Source: Trichinella spiralis
Taxonomy: Eukaryota
NCBI RefSeq assembly: GCF_000181795.1
Contig: NW_003526943.1
Span: forward strand, 11,708,007-11,772,006
Reading direction: 5' to 3'
DNA length: 64,000 nt
Shown here: piece by piece, positions 13,728 through 27,758 of the stretch
Layout of the letters: each line of letters starts with the position of its first letter
How positions within the stretch are numbered: position 1 is the stretch's first letter
Position numbers and translations under genes: made by a program
The notes under the pieces: model-generated
Told to the model about the DNA's origin: nothing
Database searches by the model: none
The model's input: the letters and a program-made list of their open reading frames with translations, nothing else

Positions 13728-14933
13728 GATGTTTTTTTGTAGACCGTTTCCATCTCTTGCTCGTTTGCATCGTCACATCAAAGAAAAACACATGCCACAA
13801 TCTGTGAAATGTTTATTTCCGCAGAATCTTGGAAAGTAAGCTAACTCTAGCTGTTTGGTATTTTTCTATTAAAAAACCATTTTTTGCTGATTTGATTGTT
13901 GTCTTACAACGTGGAATAATAATTGGTATGGTTAATAAGCTTTTGCGATTGTATTTGTTCTAGGCATTATATATCTATGTCATCGTCTAGTGGATTAGAC
14001 TCTGCTCAGCTTGCGCAGACATCGATGTCTGCTTTTCAGCAGCAGCAGCAGCAGCAACAGCAGACTGAACAGCATCAGTATTATCAACAGCAACAATATC
14101 TGGAACAGCAGCAACAAAATGCGGTTCTCATGTCCACACCCACCCCAACGCACCAGTTTTCCAACGTTGCCCAAACCCAGCCGATCCGTTATGCACCTCC
14201 TGGTAGTAGTATAAATGCCCGTATGCTTGTTGTTTTCATTTTTTCGCATGTTCTGTTTTCTGAATTCTGTTATATTATTGATATATTTCTCATAGCTTCG
14301 GCACATGGTGCCTACGATAATCAAACCGCTGGTGGAGCATACCCGATGCACTACTCTGGTCAACCCCTTTCTCCAGCAGTGCAGCAAAGTAAAAATAAAG
14401 ATTAGCAAATTTTCACATTCCACAAGGAGTGTTCAGAAAAAATTATTCAGCTTATTTATTTATTTATTATTTATTTTTTCTGTAGCCATGGCATCGTCAC
14501 ATGGAGGAAGAGTACGATCACCGGCTTCGTTTTCAATGCCTGCAACGCCGACTAAATCGTCAGTTGATCCGGGCAGTATTCTGGTGCGTGCACTGGAAAA
14601 GCCTGTAGAACCAATTCAGCTTCAACCTCAGGTTTTGCGTGTCAGCAAAGTTGTCCACTCGAAAACTTACTTAAAGTATGATTTTAATATACAATGTTAA
14701 TGTTTAATGTTATTTATTGCTAATTCAGCTGGGCACGGAACCGATCTGGGCGTACTTTAACACTGTCAGGTGATAGTTCTGAATTGAAAAAGGCCCGAAA
14801 AATTGACACGCTTGAAAGTATTGCAATGGATTCGAAAAAAACTGATGCAGTTGTTCAAGCACTGAATATCATGACAAAAGCATTGTACTGTCGTGTTGAC
14901 AGTGTGAATAATTTGGAAAATTTTTTCAGATGA
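3569..14933 (+). CDS. PBRM1: Polybromo-1 (BAF180), multi-exon: six bromodomains, two BAH domains, HMG box, two C2H2 fingers, Q-rich tail
   Basis: Bromodomain exons include PEYVKIVTNPMDL..NAKNFY, PYYYEVIRDPIDL..NAKLFNEP, PDYYKVIPEPIDL..NARHYNED and PDYYEVIRKPIDL..NACKFNDP. BAH exons include GNWYYRPSET and VFLCDSR. HMG: SGYILFSAVIRKRIMAENPECSFGHISKIVGAEW. C2H2: CKWRDCDYQF..LNEHITSMH. The last exon reads ..DAVVQALNIMTKALYCRVDSVNNLENFFR*, TGA 14931-14933. Start is ATG 4082, or ATG 3569 via an in-frame 19-nt exon (3569-3587). Confidence 0.95.
3861..3896. repeat. (AT)18 microsatellite
   Basis: Read directly from the sequence. Confidence 0.95.
13694..13725. repeat. (CA)16 microsatellite in a PBRM1 intron
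   Basis: Read directly from the sequence. Confidence 0.95.
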
Positions 14934-15120
14934 GATGAATATTTGATGTATAATAATTCTTCGCATTTTTATTCCGGTATAATTTATATTGCTGCTCGTA
15001 CTGTTTGTTTTTTTTCTTCGTTTTTATTTAAATATTATTATTACTGTACATGTGTGTATACATATATTTTCTGATGTCTCTGCTAGTCGACTGCTGTCAG
15101 TATTTGTTATTGCGTTAATG

Positions 15121-15152
<32 letters not shown>

Positions 15153-15753
15153 GGTTGTATTTTTTATTCTAGAATTTTTTATTGTTTGTTCGCAGTTAGC
15201 AAAGCGGCGAGTGAAATTTCATTTAATGTTGTTTGTTTTTATAATTTTGGTAAAAGTTATTCTTCGTGATCATAATTATATTGTTCTGCGACGACAACAA
15301 CGAGATAAAAAAGAAAAAAGACGAAAAAATATCTGATAAAATTTTTAATGTTCAAAATATTATTATACACAAGTTGAGAAATTTGTGGGAAACAAATTAC
15401 TTCTGCTGCTGTACTGATTTTGCGTTGTTTTGGACATTTGCAATGTTCATCTGTTGGTTATTTCAGAGGAAAAAAATTGCAGTCAGTAGTATTTTGATAA
15501 GCAGTGAAAAAATCAAGTATATTGTAATTTTTTGTCGATAGTGTGGTGATATTTGAAAAATATTAATTTCATCACCACCTTTACATTCGCTCTATTATTT
15601 ATTAGTTTAAACAATGAAAATGGTATAGTTTAAAGCTTTCGAATTTGTTTTGTTTAAATTTTAGTTTAAAGTCTAAAAAATCAATGAGCAACTAACAGAG
15701 GTGATGAATTTTTAGTTTTGTTGGACGTCTTGGCGCAGCTTGGATGGCAGAAG

Positions 15754-16719
15754 ATGTCTTCGATAACCAGTAATATAAGTGTGCAAATTGGAGATGTAAT
15801 TGGCAATTGGAAACTGACCAAACTGTTGGGATTCGGCACTTACGGTTATGTGTATGAGGTGTTGAATTTGAAAAATGATCAACTGGAAGCTATGAAGTTG
15901 GAAGATCAAAATCCCAACCAAAGTCTCAAGGTTGAAATATTAGTATTGAGATCTCTGAATAAACACAATGCTCGACACTGTTGCCAGTTGCTTGGAAGCG
16001 GTCGTAAAGATAAATTCAGCTACATGGTGATAACGTTGGTCGGGAAAACTTTTGAAGATATTTCGCAAGTGATGAAAGAGAAGAACGGTGACAATGGCAA
16101 GCTCGACAGTTGCAGCGCAATGTATCTCTGCATGCAAGCACTTGAAGGTTTGCAAGATTTGCATACCATTTGCTTCATTCACAGAGACGTGAAACCGCAA
16201 AACTTTGCCATCGGGGTGCATCCGAATTTACGGAATGTTTATATGTTAGATTTTGGCACGGTGAGGAAGTATCTTCGCTCTGATGGAAAACATCGTAGAC
16301 CGAGAGCCAAAGCGGGATTTCGGGGTACTTTCAATTTTGCTTCAGTTTATGCTCTGAACTTGGATGACCAATCTCGTCGGGATGACATGTGGTCATGGAT
16401 GTATTTGCTAATTCAAATGACCACAGGTACGTTGCCTTGGCTGGACATGCCGCCAACAGGCAATTACTTTTCAGAATTGGAACAATACAAAACTATGAAG
16501 AATGAGCATATTGAAAATCCTGCAGTGTTATTAAACGGCTGTCCTGAAGAGTATCACCAAATTTTCAACATTATCAAGCAGATGACCTATTATTCTGCTC
16601 CTGAATACGAAGGCATTTATAAGCTGCTGAAGTTTTCCATGAAGAGGGAGAATTCTTTATCAGAAGATGAGCCCTTGCAATATGAGAAAATACTGAACGA
16701 AGAAACTGCCCACAAATAG
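15754..16719 (+). CDS. Intronless casein kinase 1 / tau-tubulin kinase-like Ser/Thr kinase (about 321 aa)
   Basis: GFGTYG glycine loop, AMK lysine, LKVE alphaC glutamate, HRDVKPQN, DFG, FRGTFNFAS, SRRDD, LPW. First ATG is at 15754, with an upstream TTTTTAG acceptor-like site near 15715. Confidence 0.92.
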   Translation: MSSITSNISVQIGDVIGNWKLTKLLGFGTYGYVYEVLNLKNDQLEAMKLEDQNPNQSLKVEILVLRSLNKHNARHCCQLLGSGRKDKFSYMVITLVGKTFEDISQVMKEKNGDNGKLDSCSAMYLCMQALEGLQDLHTICFIHRDVKPQNFAIGVHPNLRNVYMLDFGTVRKYLRSDGKHRRPRAKAGFRGTFNFASVYALNLDDQSRRDDMWSWMYLLIQMTTGTLPWLDMPPTGNYFSELEQYKTMKNEHIENPAVLLNGCPEEYHQIFNIIKQMTYYSAPEYEGIYKLLKFSMKRENSLSEDEPLQYEKILNEETAHK

Positions 16720-18932
16720 TTATCGTTCATCAGTTCGAACGGAACAATTAATGAATTCACATTCACATCTTATCATTGTTTTAACAAAATTAAAATTATA
16801 TAAATTATAATAATTTCAAGTTACAATTATTTCCTTCATCGCAAGATGGAAATAGTTTGCTGACATGAAAATTTATTTCTAATTGCAAATGAAATAAATT
16901 TCTGTTTATTTTTTAACCATGCTTTCAAATTCAGTATAATTCTGGGTGCATTGAAAATTTGAAATTGTTTTTAGATTTGTTTGTTGAAAAGTTATTTGCC
17001 TAATTCAATTATCGAATCTTATATATTATATGGAACAAAAAAGCCGTGCTTAAATTTATATACATTGTGTAATAAAAAAAATTGTAAATTTTTCTTTGGT
17101 ATTTTTGGAAAGTAATTGAATTAATGAAACAGAATTACAAAGTAATGAACCACCTTTCCATTTGATTTGCTGATGTCCGTTTCCACATCATTGCTTTAAT
17201 TTTCACCATTATTATTAGAAAAGTATATTTTTACTACAAATTTAACTACTCACACAGTGCAGTAATGACAACGCCTTTCTTCCGTGAAATTTTATTTCAA
17301 CAAAAATGATCTACTCTTTGCGAAACAGAGGTTTTATATAAAGAAATTACTTCCCGGTTTGACTAGCACCCACTGCTTGCAGGAAGTACCGTCGGCAATG
17401 TTCTTTATCGTATTTGCATACACCTACTTCCGTGAAGTGCGCAGTTATTTATGGCTACAGATTTGACCTGTTCTGGATGCGACACATGTTACTGTATCCC
17501 TTCCATGATGTCATGTTTGTATTCTATGATATGTTCATCATTGTAATATATGATAAGCAATAATCATAATATTTTCATAATCACAATATCAATAATAAAA
17601 TGAACATTTGACACATGGACTATGACATAGATTTGTCAAAACTATAATGCAGTTACTTTTCTGCTGATAATGCGGAAATATTATTAAGAAAAAAGTTGCA
17701 TAAAATGACAACAAAATTAAAAAATGCATAAAATATAGGTGATTTCTTGCTGCAAACGTGCATATGCAATTTTTTAGTTTTTCTTTTTGAAATTAATTTC
17801 TTTTTCGAAAATTTTTTCTGTTTAATGCAATTAAATTTAGATAAATTTTTTAAAATTACAAGCGTTAAGTTTCGTTGTATTCATAAGAAATGTTACGTTA
17901 AGTTCATAATAAGTATTTTTTGCGGCATTTTAATTTTGAAAGCAAATTTTAAATTCACTTAATTAATGCTAATAATTTACATTCGTTTAATTAAAACGCC
18001 CAATTTTTTGTAATCTTAATACACAACATGGACATGTAAAAAATTACTGATTTAGCCAATTAAAAAGCATGGGGAGCAGCTTTTACCAAGGTTAAGATAA
18101 TAATATTTTAATTTGTACAAACAGTCAGTGAAATTAAATAAATGACAAGATAATGGATAAGACAAATTTCTTAAAATCTGAAAGAAAATTCAAAATATTG
18201 CTTTTTAAAGCGAAGAGTAAGATACACGATACTATCTGCATTACATTATGCATTATATCCTGAATAAAATTTATTTTTACAATAATACAAGAAAAATCTG
18301 TTTATTTATTTATTATTATTTCATATTATTATTTATGATAGTTAGTTTTAAAGAAATGTACATTTATTTTTCTATTTATAAAACATAATAGGGGTACTTG
18401 AGTGATATAATGAAAAGCTTACAGAATTCTTTAATAATGCAATAAATGATCAAAGATTATAATCATACTTAATTAGAAAGATTTTAAGGAACAAAAACAT
18501 TTGAGAAAAGAAACTGAAAAATAAAGAAATCTTATTTTTATGAAATAATTTAATATTTAGACGCATCATGTTATTTTACGAGATTGATATGTTCCTCATT
18601 AAGCATATAAAGTAAACATTTATGCAACACACTGGTCAAATTTGCTCGACACGTATTTGATTTTGCTTACTGTTTATATGAAAACAAAAACCACATAATA
18701 CACATACAAATTATACATTTATGTAATATTTTGATAAAAAAGAATCTTGCAAAATGCTTTATTCCAAAATGTGTTGTACAAGCGAAATATTAATTAAGTT
18801 GCTTGAAATGACTGCATTGTTTGTCATAAAACAGTTTATGCTTTTCTCAACTGTTGACATTCTCTGTTTATGCAAGGAAAAAAGATATTATTTAAGTGAT
18901 GAACAGCCAAGAAGATACATCAACTTTGAACA

Positions 18933-20556
18933 ATGCTTTCAATACTTTTCATTGCCCTCTTAGCTGTATTAGCAAATCCTTCAGAAAGTCAAGTAATAAT
19001 TTTTCTTTTCCAATTTCAATATTTCTGTATATAATAATTATGTATAAAAATTTATTTTGAATTCATTAATAAAACAGATTCTTGTTTCAAAACAGTATGG
19101 TATTATTTTATTGTTCCTTATGAAATCGGTGTTGCTAATGATTTGCTTAATTCTTTGAAATACGTTATTTCGACAAAATTAAAATTTGAACTCATAAAAA
19201 AATATTCAAAACTTTATACGTTTTAGTATTCGTTTTTAAAATTAATCTTCACTTTGTGTATAGTTTTCGCTTAAAAAATGAAGCAAAAGAAATGTTTATA
19301 TATATCCGCATATGAAAAACTGCTGTTCATAAAAGTATTTAAATTAACTTTTTACACATTTAAAGATGGTTACACATTTTTCAGAAAGAATCACAGCCTG
19401 TGAAAAGTAGCACTGTTTCCCCAGTAAGTGACACGTTCTGAAAATACTTTTTAAAATTATGCTTACAATGTTTAGAATAAAGATCTTTTAATTCAATATA
19501 CATATATATGGGAAATGAAATTGAATTAACCAATAACAGAAATTGATAGTTAGATTTCACATCATTCATGTTCGACATTTTTATTTAAAATAACAATCAT
19601 TTTCATAATCTAAACATTTTTCAATTTAATAAGCATTTCATTTCACTTAATAAATTTTATGAAATACAAGATGCAATATAAAATAATTATATTTCAGAAA
19701 AAAGTTGTTTCTTTAAAATTTAGCAGTTAATATAAAAACAATAAATTACACTTAAAATTTGAATAAAGAATAAAGTTGAATTTGATGATGATGAGGTGAA
19801 TATAATACAAAGGACAAAATTTTTTAGGAAGATGTAGCTCGTATTTACTGTGCATCAAAAAAGTGCAAAGGTGAACTTGAAAAAATGGAAAAAGCTAAAG
19901 AATCAGAAATAAATGCACTGCATCTTGCTTATAAGTTCTGTAAAAGCAAATGTGTGGATATGTAAGTTAAAGTTTTGATTTTAAATAAATGTCATAAATT
20001 TAAATTTAGTTTAATATATGCATTTGCATTAATTTTTTATAAATTTCTGAATAGAAAAACAAAGTCTATTGCTCACATGTTACACATCTCATTTCATGCT
20101 TGAATTTTCATTTTTTCACAATCACAAAAGTATTTATTGAGATTGTTCATTATATTGAGAAAATTTTCTATTAAAAGGGTTTTGCAATCAGAGGCGGAGC
20201 TTCAGAATGCCCAAAAATATTTCGAGAAGGACTATCCAAAGTTGGTGAAAGAAAGAATGTTGAGCGATTTACAATTGGAAATGGAAGAAGAAGAACTGTT
20301 GCATAAGGTTGAAACCGATATGGAAAGACAAAGGCACAAAGATGCAGTTGAACAAGAAAAAAAGAGACACAAAGAAGCAATGAAATATGTGACGAAGGAA
20401 GGCAAAAAGGGCGAAAAAGAAAGGTACAAGAAAGCAAAGAAATTACTGAACGAAGAGCACGAAAGAAATAAAGATGAGGAAGAGCAAAGACACAATGATG
20501 AAAAAGAACGTTTGAAACAGAAAAAGGAAGATTTAGAAAAGAACAGCCAGAAATGA
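18933..20556 (+). CDS. Uncharacterised secreted protein, 203 aa, 4 exons (18933-18992, 19385-19423, 19828-19961, 20178-20556)
   Basis: All junctions are GT..AG and phase-compatible (612 nt total). N-terminus MLSILFIALLAVLANPSESQ is signal-peptide-like, followed by C-x4-C-x24-C-x3-C and an E/K-rich coiled coil. Confidence 0.8.
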
Positions 20557-21884
20557 TTCATTGGAAATTAATTGCCCTTTCTAGTGTGCTGCAAATTAAT
20601 TTCTATAATCTCTTGCCTGCGATTAAAAGTATACATTTGACTGCATCTTTTAAATGATGCAATTTTCTGTATTATTTGAAAATAAAGTTTTACATTGAAC
20701 GTAAAGTGACCACCTCTTTAATGCAATTTAAAATTTGAAATACCCTCCTCCTCCACACACACACACACACACGCACACACAATATTTACAAGCATAAAAA
20801 GATTAAGCGCTATCCCACCCGATGAAATCCAAATTCTCAATTTCAGTATTTCATAAAATACATCAGAAAGTGACATATCAACAGTTGCGTCGTTAGACAT
20901 GCAACTGTTGTGCTGTAGGTAACTTGTAATGAAAAAAGTTACAACTGTCTGCATATATATGATAGCAGTTGTTCGATTATCTAAAAGCAGCAAGTGTCAT
21001 ATTTGTGCAGCACACCAGCTTTTATCTTTGGACTGGAATATTTTTATGTAAAGTATACATTTAACTGCAACGAATTTTATTTTCACACTGCAAAAAATGA
21101 AGAACTGAATATTAATTTAGTCCAAGTGATGAATACAAAATCACAGGTGATATTACTGAAATTCTCTATTAAATTAAAAAAAAGTTTGAACTATTTAATT
21201 ATTTTTGGAAATGTTCTTTCCTATTGGTTATTCAAAAGGTAAAAAAGAATTGCAAATTAAAACAGTTACATTTCTGCTGTTGTATATTTCACTGTATATC
21301 TAGCCAATCAGACAAACATCGCTTGCTTTACAGAAAAATATGCTATGAAATATGGACATGCGTAAAAATGAAAACAAAACAAGCAACTAAAATTAGTTTA
21401 TTAAAAAGTAAAGTTTTGATGAAATTTATTATTAATATAATACTTTTATTTGTAAATTATAAAATTATTTAACAATTTTCAATAAAATAAAACTTAAACA
21501 AACAAGTAAATACTTCATGATAACATAAATTCACATTGCATAAAGAATTCCAAAGACAATTTTCTTTTCTTTCATCTAACTACAAAATAAAAGTAATTAA
21601 TGATTAGTGTCAAAAAAAATTTTTTTATTAATTCTTGAAATATAAATAATAATTAATTTATGGAAATTAATGATGCTCATGATATATCACTGTACCAACT
21701 TTAAACAAATTTAAAGCATGAGAAGTATTTTGTTTAATTTTAAACAATTCAAACTTTAAAATATTTTGAATATAGGGGAAGTTTCGACCAAATATTGATC
21801 AGTTTAGGAGGTTGGCCGACGACAGAAGTTGTTGCTTTTTCTTCTGTACACTTTGAGTCCTAGTCTGAAAAAAACTGCACAAAT

Positions 21885-22886
21885 ATGGATGACCAATTGG
21901 AAACCGCTTATGAAGCTAAATTCAGCGTGCTTGATATGGACATGGCTAAGAAAACCCAGGGTGCGTCCAAAGCGGCAGGTCCTATAAATGAAGCAGAGCA
22001 AAAAAGACAAGCAGAATTGATGAAGCAGGCTAGCATTGCTGTCCAGTCAGCGTTGGGTGAGCAGGCATCTGCTGCAGGTAGACGTGTCTTTTTCGCTCGC
22101 CATGGTGAACGAATGGATCGCGTTTTCCCTGCTTGGACGCGGTTGTCTTATACAGAATCTGGAAATTACAAACCGTACGACATGAACATGCCAATATCGA
22201 TGGTTCCACGATTGAACGGAGTTAATGATTTTTATGATGATCCACCAATTACTGAACTTGGTTATTTTGTATCCCAGTTGATTGGACGAGGGGCAAAATT
22301 GAACTGCATAAACTTCGACACTGTCTACTGTAGTCCAGCACTGCGATGTGCGCAAAGTGCGCACGGGATGTTGAAAGCATTTACTAAAACAAAGCCAAAA
22401 ATTTGTATCGAACCAGGATTGTTCGAATATATGGGATGGTATAAAGAAGAGAATTTGAACTTTCTGAGCACTTTGGAAATGGTCGTACAAGGTTATGAAG
22501 TAGATCCTGATTATTTTCCAGTGATCACTTGTGAGGATTTGAAAACAAAATACAAAAATGAAACTATAGAAGAATATTACACACGTACCGGCAATGTGAT
22601 TGGTAGTATTCTGAGCAAGCATACCAAATCATCGTGCAATATATTATTTGTTGTTCATGCACCTACCCTTGATGCAGGCAGCCGATTTTTGACAAAGAAA
22701 ACAGCAAATGTGCCGGATGAAAATGATCTGAAACAAGTTGGTGTCCATTATCCATTTGGATCTGTTGTGGCATTAGAAGAGAACAAATCCGACAATACTT
22801 GGAAGCTTATGCACTGCGCTTTGCCATCAATTTCTTTCTTGGACTGTACTAACCGTATTGATTTCAAATTTTTTAACCGTCCTTAA
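21885..22886 (+). CDS. Intronless histidine phosphatase (PGM superfamily), UBASH3/Sts-1/ecdysteroid-phosphate-phosphatase-like, phosphatase domain only
   Basis: Catalytic RHGERMD, plus DPPITELG, SPALRC, IEPGLFE and VVHAPTLD motifs. No UBA or SH3 domain in the 333-aa ORF. Confidence 0.9.
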   Translation: MDDQLETAYEAKFSVLDMDMAKKTQGASKAAGPINEAEQKRQAELMKQASIAVQSALGEQASAAGRRVFFARHGERMDRVFPAWTRLSYTESGNYKPYDMNMPISMVPRLNGVNDFYDDPPITELGYFVSQLIGRGAKLNCINFDTVYCSPALRCAQSAHGMLKAFTKTKPKICIEPGLFEYMGWYKEENLNFLSTLEMVVQGYEVDPDYFPVITCEDLKTKYKNETIEEYYTRTGNVIGSILSKHTKSSCNILFVVHAPTLDAGSRFLTKKTANVPDENDLKQVGVHYPFGSVVALEENKSDNTWKLMHCALPSISFLDCTNRIDFKFFNRP

Positions 22887-25800
22887 ATTGAATCCGAAAT
22901 TTCTTAATTAACTAAAAAAATCATTTTTTGTTTATTTTTAATGCCTCATTTATTATTGATCATAAAATAATTTTGTTCTAGTTTAGATAATATGATTTCA
23001 ATCTCATCATAAATTAATTGTCTAATGTTTTTGATTTTATTCACAAATAAAATTTTTTAAAAAATTATTGTATTTTTATTATTTATTATGGGAACAGTAA
23101 GTAACTTAAAGCTTGATTTAATCTGCTGGTCATCTCCGTTGCAAGCTTGTCAACCCTGTTACAATCCTGAAGCGGCACTGTGAAATTTGATGCTGCTGCG
23201 GGATGTCACTAATGGCCAGTATGCTGTCAACATCCAACTGGTAATTCGATCCGTTCATCTGGATATGATGGACTTTTTTTCTCCATCCAAGGTGAGGACC
23301 AGCAAGCATCAAGTAGACACACGATCAGACCAGGATGAAAGGAAGTAATCTGAGAAGTCAGTTGGTTTGTTTTGTGCCGTCGTGTGCAGCGCTGGCCTGT
23401 TAGTATGTTGACTATTTTACAGTGTGCTATTATTAATGAGAAAATAGTCATATCCTGTGTTATGTCTTGTCATTGACACGTAATGCCTAAGACTGGCTCA
23501 ACAACAACGACAGAGCAGGAAGATGAAGATGGGAATTCAGTTGAAAGATAAAGCCAGCACGTTACAATCAGTGAGAATTGTTTTTAATAAACAATTATAA
23601 TATTTCAAAATAAAATAATGAAATACCTAATAATAATAATAATGCATACATATATTTGTAATATTGTTGTCACATTAATGGTTGATGTGTTGATTATTCA
23701 AAATAAAGTAAATATAATGTAAAAAAATACAAATACGGAATTTTCATTTTATATTATTGGAATATAAATAAAATTGCATAAAAGAAACGTAAATGAATAG
23801 GCAAAAGAGGAGTAATTTAATTATAGAATGATTTGAAGTGTAGTTACAAAAGTAATAGTAATTGTCAAGTTCAAGAAATCATTGTGCACAATTTACTCAG
23901 AACACAGTTGAAGATTTAAGGTAATTTTTGTTTCAGTTTTGTATAAACTACTGTTATTGAGAATTAATTTAAATTATACTCTGAATTAAAAGCATAAAAT
24001 TAAAAAAGCACTTATTATTTTAAATTTTGAAGTACTGTAAAAGAAAAAATTTGAAGCTTTCCAATTGTTGAAGGTAAAGAAATAGCTGAAGCGTTAGCTT
24101 GTTATATTTGTTTTTTATCATACTATCCGAGAATTTTGTTCAGCGAAGAATATATGGTAAATAGATTTTTCAAAACAAATATTTTCTCTTCACAAAGCAT
24201 GCACGAATGTACAGTTCCAGGTGCTTGTTATGAAAGTGAATGTTGAAGAATGAAAGTGTTTTGAGAATAAAATTTTCAAGTTAGATTTTGTTCGATTTTA
24301 TTGTGAATTTTCCCGAATTTTGTAAAATGTGATGTACACTCGACAGTCTTCGTTGCAGAGGAGAAAATATTTTACAGATGAATAATGACAAAATTGAATA
24401 ATTACTGAGAAATGAGTTTTGTTCAATTCAAACAAAAAAGTGGATAGCCAAAGTGACGGATCAATGATTGCAATCAATTATGATGCTGCAGATGATGTGT
24501 AAAATTTGATAAATGAAAATGACAACCGACATTGAAGACATCTGTTCACGATGAAGCATTATTAAATATCAAGCATCTGTTTTATTTAAATTAAAAGTAC
24601 ATTTTGAACATGATGACTTGTAGAAAAAATTTTTACAAGTATTGAAAAAGAAATTTTTAGGCAAATACGTCCACTTGAATGTTCTGCCAAATATGGAAAC
24701 AACAAATATTTACGTAGTGTATTTTGAGAAGTTTCATTTCTTCAGAAAAGTTGATTTCACAATTCATTTACAATTAACATATGTATAATATATATATTAT
24801 TTTTTTAAAAAGCTAATTATAAAAAAATTTGATGATAATCAAGAATGGTTGAATAAAATTAGTGCATTTATCTGTACGACAGCAATGAAAGGTGAACTTT
24901 TGACGACTTCGGAATGTGCTATATATGTTCGTTCGATTTGATATGAAACGCAAAAAAATTTTAAATTGGTTTTTAGTTATAATTCATAAAGGACTAGCAG
25001 AAGAAATTTAAAAATAGAACATGTTAGAATAATTTTTTTGTTAAACGAAAAATAATGCAGCAGTTGTTGTTTTCAATTTGTCGAATATAAAAAATGGAAT
25101 TATGATTGGTCACTTTTATTATAACTGAAGTTTCAAAAAATTGGTCGAAAAATAATGTTGATTTTTGTTTCTGACATGTATTTATTTATTGCAGTGAAAA
25201 TTGAAAATAATTATTATAATAAATAAAAGTCACGAAAGTAAAAATGAACAGCTGCCATGCCATGCAAGTGGAAATCTTTCAATATTTGTTTGTTTCAATT
25301 TATTCATCATGTAATGATAATTATGTTTAAATTGTATATGTATCATTTAATTAAGAAAAAGGAAGTATCGATGAAAGCAGGAAATTGAAAAAAAATGTTT
25401 TCAATTCAATAATTTGTTGAACAATTTTGTTTCATACGTAAATTTCGATTTATTCAAATTTACTAAATGTTGTATATAATGGAATGGCATTTGTACATGA
25501 TGAATTTGTTTGTTTACTGTGACAAATACAGAAAACACAATCTATTTTTTTATTTAAAATTTATTTCATAACTGAATGATAAAAAAACAGGCATAGTTGA
25601 AGTTAAGCTTTTCCTTGAATTGAATTTTTCATCACGTCACGGCAAGAACATTTTCTCTTGTATTAAATATGAATTTCACTGTTTTTCAAAAAGGCAATGC
25701 ATGGAAATTGCGATGGAAAAATATTAAAATAAAAATCAACGTCCTCCAAAAGAAAATGCACTTGATGTACCACATCTGGAACTTTTACCAGGCTTGGATG

Positions 25801-26109
25801 ACTTTCAGCTGTTGCTGTTGTTGTCAACAAAACGTACAGTCGCTCCCGGAAGTGACGACAATGTTACACAGGATGAATGGAGGAAGAGAATGAAAAGAAA
25901 AATAAAAGTGGCATTTCATTGAATAAAAACGAACATTGAAAGAACAAGGTATATAGCAAGCAGTAATTATGTCGATTTTAATAAGAATAATAAAGAAAGA
26001 ATGAATGAATGAACAGTGGGAGACACCTGACTAGACAACACTTGTTTGGCGATGATAATTCAAAATTTAAAAATGAGAATGTCACAGAGAGAAAAGAAAA
26101 ATCCCATTG

Positions 26110-27758
<1,649 letters not shown>

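Noticed and set aside
13995..14423. Antisense and alternate-frame ORFs over real genes (also 20232-20561, 22047-22622, 49945-50448, 53769-54410)
   Set aside because: Shadow ORFs of coding exons or low-complexity repeats, with no independent evidence.
17284..17515. GC-richer patch and 60-aa ORF
   Set aside because: No recognisable protein motif, RNA structure or termini; possibly an unidentifiable repeat remnant.
25669..25923. Short plus-strand ORFs, including one with a CCCCC run
   Set aside because: The Cys run comes from a TGT/TGC low-complexity stretch just downstream of CHIC, probably its 3' UTR on the other strand. No recognisable domain or splice structure.
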